Below are positions 30,298 through 38,802 of a stretch of 64,000 nt of DNA, piece after piece; the first letter of the stretch is position 1, and every line of letters starts with the position of its first letter. The notes below the pieces were generated by a model. It worked only from the letters and a program-made list of their open reading frames with translations, was not told the origin of the DNA and ran no database searches. Position numbers and translations under genes: made by a program. The stretch is from Candidatus Caccovivens sp. (GTDB taxonomy: Bacteria > Bacillota > Clostridia > Christensenellales > UBA1242), in assembly GCA_051888935.1 (NCBI GenBank), contig JBJFCL010000001.1, positions 2,852-66,851 of the forward strand, read 5' to 3'.

Positions 30298-30774
30298 ATG
30301 AATGTATTGCAGTTCAACAAAATCGTTGTCGTTTCGCTTTGCGACAAGTTTTCTAAAAGTGTGGGAGAATCATTGTCCCAAACTCTTGGCATGATTTTTT
30401 GTGATACAAAAGAATTGATGGAATATGAACTTTCTGACATTAAGACACTTGAAAAGATTTCGTCCAAAGAATATCTTTTAAATTGTGAAAAAAAAGTTAT
30501 AAGGCATATTGCATCATTTGAAAATGTTGTAGTTTCAATAAATTATGACTATTTTGTTCACAATTTTGAAAGCTTAAAAAGTGGTGCTCTTGCTGTTTTT
30601 GTCAAACTGCCAAAGAATTTTGTTAAGGAAAATGGCAACGCGTTGGACTTTATTGAATATTCAGAACATTCGAAAAAATTGCAAGATTTGACGCAAATCA
30701 CTCTTGATATAAGAAAAGCAGACATAAATTATGTTTGTGAAAAAATAATTGAAAAACTTGGGGGAATTTTATGA
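30298..30774 (+). CDS. Shikimate-kinase-like protein with a degenerate P-loop
   Basis: IVVVSLCDKFSKSVGESLSQTLGMIFCDTKELMEY aligns by eye to AroK [34 protein letters not shown], but the Gly-rich loop is lost. ATGA overlap with tkt. Confidence 0.45.
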   Translation: MNVLQFNKIVVVSLCDKFSKSVGESLSQTLGMIFCDTKELMEYELSDIKTLEKISSKEYLLNCEKKVIRHIASFENVVVSINYDYFVHNFESLKSGALAVFVKLPKNFVKENGNALDFIEYSEHSKKLQDLTQITLDIRKADINYVCEKIIEKLGGIL

Positions 30775-32741
30775 AAATTACAGTGAAGGCACAAAATTAT
30801 CTTAAAGCACTTTGTGCAGAGACGACAACAAATGCAAAGTCTGGTCATCTTGGGGTTTGCTTGGGTGCTTCGTCCATTCTTTTTGCACTTTTTAAAGACC
30901 ATTACAATTTTGATGTTTCAGACACCGATTTTTTGAACAGAGACCGTTTGGTTTTATCTGCTGGGCATGCCAGTCCACTCTATTATAGTTTGCTTTCGAT
31001 GTTTGGTTTCAATGTTTCTCTCCAAGATTTGAAAGATTTTAGACATTTGGGGTCAAAAACTCCTGCCTATCCTGAATACAAACTCACAGAAGGAGTAGAA
31101 GTCACCACCAGTCTTGCTGGTCAAGGTGTGGCAAATGCAGTTGGAATGGCAATTGCAGAGGCTGTGATGGAAGAACGCTTCAACACTGTTGGTTTTGATA
31201 TAATTAACAATTACACATATTGTTTTGTGAGTGATGGCGACCTAATGGAAGGAGTTGCACTTGAAGCGGCAAGTTTGGCTGGAAATTTGAAATTGAATCG
31301 ACTTATTTTGCTTTATGACAGCAATGAAGTTACGAATGATGGTTCACTCAGTCTTTGCAATCGCGAAAATGTGGCAAAGAAATTTAAAGCTATGGGTTGG
31401 AATGTTATCAAAGTCGCACGCGGGAACAATTATTCCTTTTGTACTCACGCAATTGCGAGAGCAAAAAAGAGCAACAAGCCAACAATCATAATTTTCAACA
31501 CCACAATTGGAATTGGCACACAAAAAGAGGGAACTTCGGCGGTGCATAATGCAGTTCTTTCCCAAGAAGAACTTGCAACTTTCAAGGAAAATCTGGGCGT
31601 AAAAGAAAGTTTTTACATTCCAAGTGATGTTAGAGAACTCTGCATGGCAAGCACAAGAAGGGGAAAACTGAATCATGAGAAATGGAATCAAGACCTTGCA
31701 ATGTATTCCAGCACTCATCCAGAACTTTACAAAGCGCTTATGGCATTTTTTGACCGCAAAAAAATCAATTTTGACCGTATAATGAAAAACATTTCCAAAT
31801 ATGACGGATTGAGCCTTAGAAAAATCAATCATTATGCTCTTTCTGAACTTGCTTATCAATGCCCACAACTTTTGGGAGGTACTGCTGATGTTGCTCCAAC
31901 TTCTATGACTTTTGTTGACAATGCGGGCAATTTTTCGGCAGGTTATAGACGCGGGAAAAATATTCATTTTGGTGTACGCGAACACGCCATGTCTGCCATT
32001 TGCAATGGTATTGCTCTTTACGAAGATTTTATCACATTTGATTCAACTTATTTGGCATATTCAACTTATTCACTGCCTGCAATCCAACTTCGAAGCAAAA
32101 TGAAACTTCCTGTCATGTCTTTCTTTACACATGATTCAATTTATCTTGGAAAAGACGGCCCATCTCATCAAATAATTGAGCAACTTGGTGCTTTGCGTGG
32201 CATAGTTGGCAACACTGTTTATCGCCCATGCGATTATAAAGAATTGGTGGCAGGATATCAATATTGCGTAAAAAACTATGAACCTGTGTCTTTTGCACTT
32301 TCTCGTCAAAACATTTCTTCAATTTCAGGAACTTCATTTGAAGGGGCGTTGCTTGGAGGATATTTGATTGAAAACACTTCTGCAAAACCAAACATTGTGT
32401 TGGTTGCAAGTGGAGCAGAAGTGGAACTTGCCGTCAAAGTGGCAAACGAACTTCGCAAAAAATATCAAGTCAATGTTGTTTCAATGCCTTCTATTGAAGT
32501 TTTTGAAAAACAGTCTTCGTCTTACAAAAACAAAATCATAAGCAAAGATGCTGAACTGGTGTTGTCAATTGAAGCATCAAATGACACAAAGTGGTTGAAA
32601 ATTTTAGGCAAAAATGGCGAAAGTTTTGCAATTAATGAATATTTGAGTGACGGAGATGGAGAACAACTTTATGAGAAAGCAGGTTTTACAGTAAAAAATT
32701 TGGTAAAGTTTGCAGAAAACAAGTTGAAATCGCAAAAATAG
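30771..32741 (+). CDS. tkt: Transketolase
   Basis: 656 aa. ThDP motif SDGDLMEGVALEAASLAGNLKLNRLILLYDSNEV. Confidence 0.93.
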   Translation: MKITVKAQNYLKALCAETTTNAKSGHLGVCLGASSILFALFKDHYNFDVSDTDFLNRDRLVLSAGHASPLYYSLLSMFGFNVSLQDLKDFRHLGSKTPAYPEYKLTEGVEVTTSLAGQGVANAVGMAIAEAVMEERFNTVGFDIINNYTYCFVSDGDLMEGVALEAASLAGNLKLNRLILLYDSNEVTNDGSLSLCNRENVAKKFKAMGWNVIKVARGNNYSFCTHAIARAKKSNKPTIIIFNTTIGIGTQKEGTSAVHNAVLSQEELATFKENLGVKESFYIPSDVRELCMASTRRGKLNHEKWNQDLAMYSSTHPELYKALMAFFDRKKINFDRIMKNISKYDGLSLRKINHYALSELAYQCPQLLGGTADVAPTSMTFVDNAGNFSAGYRRGKNIHFGVREHAMSAICNGIALYEDFITFDSTYLAYSTYSLPAIQLRSKMKLPVMSFFTHDSIYLGKDGPSHQIIEQLGALRGIVGNTVYRPCDYKELVAGYQYCVKNYEPVSFALSRQNISSISGTSFEGALLGGYLIENTSAKPNIVLVASGAEVELAVKVANELRKKYQVNVVSMPSIEVFEKQSSSYKNKIISKDAELVLSIEASNDTKWLKILGKNGESFAINEYLSDGDGEQLYEKAGFTVKNLVKFAENKLKSQK

Positions 32742-32832
32742 TCAGAATTTGACAAAATCTTACACTAAACTTTCTATCGTCATAAATCCCAAACTTGTAA
32801 AATAGAATTGTTTTATAAGCGAGGGATTTTTT

Positions 32833-33786
32833 ATGTTTAAAAGAAAAAGCGTGGTTTTGTCCGATACTGCTTCCGATAGCAATAAAAAAGCAGTTATGTC
32901 ACTTGAAGAAGATGAAGTTGGGGTTCGTGGAACGCTTAGACTCTACAATTTTTCGTCACCGCTTGACGGGATTTCTTCATTAGGTTTTTATGTTCAGCAA
33001 AAAGTTTATAAAGCAGGATTAACTTACAAATCTCCTATGCTTTATGAATTTTTTGTCGACTTAAAAGAAATTCCTCAAAAGTTTTCTTGTGCTGTTGTCA
33101 ATTTTCAAAATGCTGTGGCAAAGCCTGTGCTTTTTGGTTCAAGCGAAGGAAGTGAAGATGATGTCTATGGAAACATTATTGCAGAAATATCCAAAGACAA
33201 CACTTTAAAAAACGCTGAAAAAGTGCTTGATACATTTGGTGTTGATTATGACGACAAAGAAAAAGAAGAAATTGAAAAAGATATTGACGAAGCACTCTGT
33301 CAAGGTGATTGTGCAAATTGTGTATATAAAAAATATTTTTATGAAAATGTTGCAAGTGCGGAAGCAGTTGACGAAATAAAAAATACAGAGGAATCTCATC
33401 TTGTTGAGGAAGAACCAGAAACAAAAGAAGATGAAGAGACCGAGATTATTTTCATAGACAAATTAAAACCTCAAATTGATAGACTTTTTGAAAACAATCC
33501 TGTTGAAGATAAACTTCAACAACTTATACCTGATTCAAAATTTGTCAAAGTGGAATATGAAGATGACGGAGATTTTTATGTTTTCGGACTGTTGTATGAT
33601 GAAAACCAAAACATAAAATATGTTTGTTATGGTGTACCTGCCATTTTTGAACAGCAACCGCCAAAAGAACTTTCAGGCTATCCAATTTGGCTTCCACTTG
33701 ACAAACAAAATGCACAGGGATTTGGTTATTGGCTGACATATCAAGATGCTGTAACGGGTGAGCCTATTAGGGCTGTGTTAGACTAA
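32833..33786 (+). CDS. Hypothetical protein with an acidic central linker and a conserved-looking C-terminal domain
   Basis: GAGGG RBS. No family recognised. Glu/Asp-rich segment and a CQGDCANC cluster. Confidence 0.6.
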   Translation: MFKRKSVVLSDTASDSNKKAVMSLEEDEVGVRGTLRLYNFSSPLDGISSLGFYVQQKVYKAGLTYKSPMLYEFFVDLKEIPQKFSCAVVNFQNAVAKPVLFGSSEGSEDDVYGNIIAEISKDNTLKNAEKVLDTFGVDYDDKEKEEIEKDIDEALCQGDCANCVYKKYFYENVASAEAVDEIKNTEESHLVEEEPETKEDEETEIIFIDKLKPQIDRLFENNPVEDKLQQLIPDSKFVKVEYEDDGDFYVFGLLYDENQNIKYVCYGVPAIFEQQPPKELSGYPIWLPLDKQNAQGFGYWLTYQDAVTGEPIRAVLD

Positions 33787-33797
33787 GTGGAGGCAAG

Positions 33798-34736
33798 ATG
33801 AAAATTTTTGCTTGGGTGGTGCTTGCCATCATCTTGTTGATTATTTTTGCTCTTATGTATTATCTTGTGGTCGGGCAGATTCTTTTTCACTATGTTTTTT
33901 CAAGAAAGAGTTTGCAAGATAGGGTTATGAAAAAAGGAATAGACAAGCAAATAAAAGACCATAAAATTGACCTATGTTGGTGGGAAAAATATAAATTCGA
34001 CAAAGTTGCAATTGAAAGTTTTGATAAACTCAAACTCATAGGTCACTATTTTGAAAACCATTCAAAAAAAACTGTGCTCGTTGTGCATGGGTTTGGTGGG
34101 AATTATAGGGATATGCAACGCTATTGCCAATTTTTTATGCAAAAAAATTTCAATATTTTGGCAGTTGAAAACAGGGCACATGGAGAGAGTGAAGGGAATT
34201 GCATTGGCTTCGGTTATACTGACCGATTGGATATTTTGAAATGGTTGGACTATTTAAGAGAGAAACAACCAGAAGCTAAAATAGTGCTGTTTGGTTTGTC
34301 GATGGGAGGAACAGCAGTTTGTGCTACTGCTGGCGAAAAACTCAAAAATGTCTCCGCCATTATTTCTGATTGTGCTTTTTCAAATGGAGATAAACAAATT
34401 TCGTATGTTTTAAAAAAATATCGTCTTTTTGGAAAGTTATTAAAAAAACATTTGTATAGTTTCACAAAACGAGTTTACAATTTTGATGTCATGCAAATTG
34501 ATGTCACAAAATCTGTAAAAAACAGTCAAGTTCCAATTCTTTTTATCCATGGCAAAGAAGACACATTTGTGCCAATTGAAAATATGTATGATCTTTACAA
34601 TGCCACTCCTTCGCAACTACGCTCGCAGTTTGTTGTGGAGGGTGCGGGGCATGCACTTGCATATTCCGAAGCAGGAGTTATGTATGAGCGAAAGATTATC
34701 AATTTTTTGAAAGCGTACACTAGTGTGGAAATTTAA
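33798..34736 (+). CDS. Alpha/beta hydrolase with an N-terminal membrane anchor
   Basis: HGFGGN and GLSMGG nucleophile elbow. N-terminal TM. Confidence 0.8.
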   Translation: MKIFAWVVLAIILLIIFALMYYLVVGQILFHYVFSRKSLQDRVMKKGIDKQIKDHKIDLCWWEKYKFDKVAIESFDKLKLIGHYFENHSKKTVLVVHGFGGNYRDMQRYCQFFMQKNFNILAVENRAHGESEGNCIGFGYTDRLDILKWLDYLREKQPEAKIVLFGLSMGGTAVCATAGEKLKNVSAIISDCAFSNGDKQISYVLKKYRLFGKLLKKHLYSFTKRVYNFDVMQIDVTKSVKNSQVPILFIHGKEDTFVPIENMYDLYNATPSQLRSQFVVEGAGHALAYSEAGVMYERKIINFLKAYTSVEI

Positions 34737-34765
34737 CGAATTGTTGTCAAAAAATCTTTAAAAGA

Positions 34766-34802
34766 ACAAAAAAACAAGTGCTTTTACATGGCACTTGTTT
34801 TT
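34766..34802. terminator. Bidirectional terminator hairpin that contains the stop codon of the minus-strand gene
   Basis: ACAAGTGC (34774-34781) / GCACTTGT (34791-34798) with A/T-run flanks. Confidence 0.6.
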
Positions 34803-35353
34803 ACTTCAATCTTACTTATGTAGAAACTGGCATTGGTTTTCAAATTGGTTATGGTGGTATATTTGTTTGTGGCAAAAGTCAATGATGTGAAGTTTCCAAC
34901 ATGAATATATTGCTTATTATCTTCATAACCGACACCCACATTTACGCCTATAAGAATGGTTGATGTCAAATCGCTTGTCAAAAATCTACAACCACCAGTA
35001 TCAGGAGTTGAGATGTCAAAATAGTGATATTGATGAGATGCGTAAGCATAAAATTTTACACGCATGGTGTTGTATGGAGTAACATCAGGCAAAGCAGTCA
35101 ATCTTCCATATGAGCCAGTGATTCCACTTGTCAATCCCAAGTTTATGGCTGGGTCGGTGCTGTCTTTGTCATACAAAACTATCCAAGATTCGTCAGTCGA
35201 ATCCTCACCACTAGAACTGCCATTATCGCCAGTGTTCCCACTGTCAGTCGAATTGTTGTTTTGATTGCTGTTTTCGATGAGTTGTTTGCTTAGGTCGTCA
35301 ACTTGACTTTTTAGTAAATCAAGTTCATTTTTCAATTTTTCGTAATCCGTCAT
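34784..35353 (-). CDS. Hypothetical protein: coiled coil, low-complexity N/S/G/D linker and a beta-rich C-terminal domain
   Basis: Own promoter-like TTGAAT-17-TAAAAT and an AAGGGA RBS. No signal peptide. Confidence 0.6.
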   Translation of the reverse strand: MTDYEKLKNELDLLKSQVDDLSKQLIENSNQNNNSTDSGNTGDNGSSSGEDSTDESWIVLYDKDSTDPAINLGLTSGITGSYGRLTALPDVTPYNTMRVKFYAYASHQYHYFDISTPDTGGCRFLTSDLTSTILIGVNVGVGYEDNKQYIHVGNFTSLTFATNKYTTITNLKTNASFYISKIEVKTSAM

Positions 35354-35419
35354 AATCTTGTCCCTTTTCTTGTCAAGATTTTATGACAGGAATTTTTTAA
35401 ATTCAAATTTTTGTGCCAT

Positions 35420-36046
35420 TTATTTTTTGATTTTGCTGTTTTTCATAAACACCCAAGCAAAAATAATGCCTATAAGAGCCAAAATAAGCACAACGCAAGT
35501 GATAATAACAGGATTGATGCCGTCTGGTGCAACAAACTTGGTCTGCACATATCCATACATAACTTTGTTTTCGTGTTCAAAAGCAATGGCAGTGTATTCT
35601 GCCTTGCTGTCAAATGCTTTATAGATGAAAATTCGCTGATTTTTTGATAGTGTGATTTCGCTTTCAATCATTTCGTTTTCTTGCAAAAAGAAAACTGTGC
35701 ATTCGGCGTTAGTTCGTCCATTGTAATTTGGAATGGCAGTGACAACTTCACTTTTTGGCATCACCAAATCTGCAAAAATATAGCCTTCATTTTCGCCAAT
35801 TACTTTGTAGAAAATAAATCCACCGTTTTCATAGGTTTTGGGCGAATTTGCCTCAATTTCAAGATAAATTTCACTATTATAACTTAGCGTTGTGACCACA
35901 TCACTGGAAAAATTTGGCAAAACATAGACATTGGCGCTGTTTGCAGTTGTCACAAAAATGGGTGTGTTGTCTTCTGCCATGGCAAAATTTACGCTTGGCA
36001 ACATCAAACAAAAACAAAACAAAACAAAAGCAAAAATTCTCTTCAT
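35420..36046 (-). CDS. Secreted, C-terminally membrane-anchored protein with two SH3b-like repeats
   Basis: Signal peptide MKRIFAFVLFCFCLMLPSVNFAMA. Two repeats of the ANVYVLPNFSSDVV.. type. C-terminal TM followed by KNSKIKK. Confidence 0.6.
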   Translation of the reverse strand: MKRIFAFVLFCFCLMLPSVNFAMAEDNTPIFVTTANSANVYVLPNFSSDVVTTLSYNSEIYLEIEANSPKTYENGGFIFYKVIGENEGYIFADLVMPKSEVVTAIPNYNGRTNAECTVFFLQENEMIESEITLSKNQRIFIYKAFDSKAEYTAIAFEHENKVMYGYVQTKFVAPDGINPVIITCVVLILALIGIIFAWVFMKNSKIKK

Positions 36047-36052
36047 GTCATT

Positions 36053-36082
36053 ATTTAAGCACAATTTTTGCTTAAAAGTCAA
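36053..36082 (-). promoter_or_regulatory. Promoter placed for a leaderless mRNA of the SH3b-like gene
   Basis: On the minus strand: TTGACT, 18 nt, TGcTTAAAT, then 6 nt to the ATG (36046). Confidence 0.5.
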
Positions 36083-36197
36083 ATAAGAGCTTAGAAATAA
36101 GAATTTAATCAAGAAATCTTGTTATTTGAACATTTTGTGTCAATTTTTGTGCTATTGATGTTTTTGATTTAATACAATACCTTAGGAGTGTTGTCCA

Positions 36198-36878
36198 ATG
36201 TTTTTGACCATTAAAAAGAAAGTATTAATTTCAATTTTGTGTGTTGCTGTATGTTTTGTTGCAGTTGGAGTATTTTTCGGTGTCAGGGCAACGATGGCAA
36301 AGCCAAATCTTGCTCCAACAATTGTCATTGATGCCGGTCATGGCGGGAAAGACGGTGGAGCAGTGGGAGATATGACAACAGAGAGTGAACTAAACTTAAA
36401 ATACAGTCTTGCTCTAAAAAAAATTTGCCAAGAATTTGGATATAATGTCGTTTTGACACGCAGTGATATGAATGGACTTTACAATCCGCTTGCATCGAAC
36501 AAGAAAAAAAGCGAGATGGAAAAGCGTCGACAAATAATTGAAGATTCCAATCCAGATGTTGTGGTCAGTATTCATATGAACAGTTACACTTCTTCTTCGG
36601 CACGCGGTTCTCATGTCTTTTATGCGGAAGGCTCTGAGAGCGGGCAGGCACTGGCTCAAAGTGTTTCCAATGTGCTGTCGCAAAACATTGAATATGCACA
36701 CAAGACAGCAAAAGTGGGGGATTATTACATTTTAAATTGCACCTCCAATCCAAGTATTTTGGTGGAATGTGGTTTTCTTTCCAATCCTGAGGAAGAGGCA
36801 TTGCTGGCCAATGAAGATTATATAAACAAATTTTGTTATTATATTTTTTGTGGAATTCTCTTGTATTTTGATTTTTAA
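36198..36878 (+). CDS. cwlD: N-acetylmuramoyl-L-alanine amidase, CwlD-like (germination-specific type)
   Basis: IVIDAGHGGKDGGAVG, SIHMNS and LVECGFLSNPEE motifs. N-terminal TM. Confidence 0.8.
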   Translation: MFLTIKKKVLISILCVAVCFVAVGVFFGVRATMAKPNLAPTIVIDAGHGGKDGGAVGDMTTESELNLKYSLALKKICQEFGYNVVLTRSDMNGLYNPLASNKKKSEMEKRRQIIEDSNPDVVVSIHMNSYTSSSARGSHVFYAEGSESGQALAQSVSNVLSQNIEYAHKTAKVGDYYILNCTSNPSILVECGFLSNPEEEALLANEDYINKFCYYIFCGILLYFDF

Positions 36879-36890
36879 AAAAATATCGGT

Positions 36891-37670
36891 TCAAGCCGAT
36901 ATTTCTTTATTATTTTTCTTTCTTTTAACAAAAACTTTTTTACGGTCATCAATCAGATAGAAAATGTTGTAATAAACAAGAATGAAAATTATGTAAATTG
37001 GAAGATATAGCCCATATGAAATTCCAAAGATATCTTGAATATCGCCGTTTGGCATGAAATAGAGCGGGTCGGATTCAATTTTTAGCACATAGATTTCAAA
37101 TATTGCATAAATCAAAACAATGCCATAAAGAATTGCTTCTTTCCAAATTGTTTTATATTCAAATTTTGTAAATTTCAAAGTTATGAGCGTGATTGATGTG
37201 ATGAGGAGCAAGGAGTGTGTGACGATGGAATACAAATTTTCAAACAGAATATATTGATTGTTGAAACCAACACCGGGATAAGCAAAGAAGATTATGGCAC
37301 AAAGTAGTGAACTCATTGAAGCAAAATTGTAAAAGAACCTTTTATTGACAATTGCACTGAACATGAGCGTACAACACGCAATTGCACACCATGGACGAGG
37401 CAAAAGAGTAACCAAAAATGAATTCCAAGTGAGTGGTCCTGTCATGTTGCAGAAGTTGATGACGCGCCTTGAAAGTTCAAAAGCAAAGATCAGTCCCACC
37501 AAGACCCAAATCACAATTTTTCTTGCTTTTTCACTTCTTTTTCTGAAAATCAACGCCAAAGCAATAATTGTGCCTATGCACAAAATAAGTGTTATGATAT
37601 GTAACCAGCCCCATTGTCCATTTATATGTGGATTGGGATAACTTGAATAAATCCAATCTATAAAAGTCAT
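36891..37670 (-). CDS. Multi-pass membrane protein, YwaF/TIGR02206-like
   Basis: 259 aa with about 7 TM segments. GGAGA RBS. Confidence 0.6.
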   Translation of the reverse strand: MTFIDWIYSSYPNPHINGQWGWLHIITLILCIGTIIALALIFRKRSEKARKIVIWVLVGLIFAFELSRRVINFCNMTGPLTWNSFLVTLLPRPWCAIACCTLMFSAIVNKRFFYNFASMSSLLCAIIFFAYPGVGFNNQYILFENLYSIVTHSLLLITSITLITLKFTKFEYKTIWKEAILYGIVLIYAIFEIYVLKIESDPLYFMPNGDIQDIFGISYGLYLPIYIIFILVYYNIFYLIDDRKKVFVKRKKNNKEISA

Positions 37671-37798
37671 AAATTCTCCAAATATAGTTTCATTTTAACA
37701 AAATATTAAAAAATAATCAATACTAAAAGAAAATAATTTATTTGCTTGTTTTTATATTATTATTTTGATAAACTAAAAATAACTAAGGAGAAAAAATT

Positions 37799-38728
37799 AT
37801 GGAAGTACAGATGTTTAATGGTTGGTACTTTTTCTGGCTGATTTTGAGTGTTGGCTCAGTTGTTGGGTTGTATTTTTTGCTAAAAAATCGAACTGCCAAG
37901 ACACAAAAGATTGTTCTATTTTCCATTTTAGTTTTTGGATTGGTTTTACACTTCTTAAAAGCTTTTATTCCGCCTTATTCATTGGACGAAAGCAGAATGT
38001 TGCGAGATTCATGGTTTATAAATATTTGTGGTGCAAATATAGCATTGTTTCCATTCATATTCCTTTCAAAAAGCAAAACTGCAAAAGATTATATGTTTTA
38101 TCTTGGCATTTTGGGTGGAGCGTTGGCAGTTTTGTATCCAATCGAACCGATAGAGAAAGCGAATCAAGCAGCTGAATGGTTGGATATTGTCAGATTTTAT
38201 ATCCATCACACAGAACTATATGCTGTTCCACTTTTAATGGTGCTTTTTAAGTTGCACAAATTGGATTATCGCCGTTGCATTTTTACACCAATTTGGTTTT
38301 TGGGTGTCATGGCTTTTATCATGGTCAATCAACTTTTACAAAGTGAACTAGGATTTATTCCTCCAAGAAACAGCGACTTTTTCAATATAAATTACAAAAA
38401 TTCATCAATGATTTGGGGACCAAGTGGTGCGATAGGTGACATTTTGGCAATCTTTTGCCCAAATTTCTTTAAGACTGTGCCTTTTGGAGAACATGCAGGA
38501 GAAACAAAATATTGGCCTCTTTTATGGCTGTTGTTCCCAGTATTTATTTTGGTTACGCCATTGTGCTTTTTGCTTTGTATGATTTTTGATTGGAGACATT
38601 TTGGTCAAGACATTAACAAACTTTTGTTATTCCTGCACATAAAGAAAGAGAAAGGACCTTCTGAAAAAGCAGACAAAATAATTGAAGATGTTTTGAAGTC
38701 TAATTTAAAAATAGATAAAAAAAGATAA
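37799..38728 (+). CDS. Multi-pass membrane protein, YwaF/TIGR02206-like, distant paralogue of the divergent neighbour
   Basis: 309 aa and multi-TM. AAGGAG RBS. Confidence 0.55.
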   Translation: MEVQMFNGWYFFWLILSVGSVVGLYFLLKNRTAKTQKIVLFSILVFGLVLHFLKAFIPPYSLDESRMLRDSWFINICGANIALFPFIFLSKSKTAKDYMFYLGILGGALAVLYPIEPIEKANQAAEWLDIVRFYIHHTELYAVPLLMVLFKLHKLDYRRCIFTPIWFLGVMAFIMVNQLLQSELGFIPPRNSDFFNINYKNSSMIWGPSGAIGDILAIFCPNFFKTVPFGEHAGETKYWPLLWLLFPVFILVTPLCFLLCMIFDWRHFGQDINKLLLFLHIKKEKGPSEKADKIIEDVLKSNLKIDKKR

Positions 38729-38802
38729 AATTCGCTCCTTTTTGACGATTTTCTTGCACAAATATTTGTTGCGTATGTTCTAAAATCGTTAAAGGAGTGT
38801 TT

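Noticed and set aside
33298-33321. CQGDCANC, a CxxxCxxC spacing identical to the radical-SAM cluster motif, in the 317-aa hypothetical protein.
   Set aside because: It sits in an acidic linker, with none of the surrounding radical-SAM elements (no GGE-type SAM motif, no TIM-barrel-length domain). It is most likely coincidental, or a simple metal or disulfide site.
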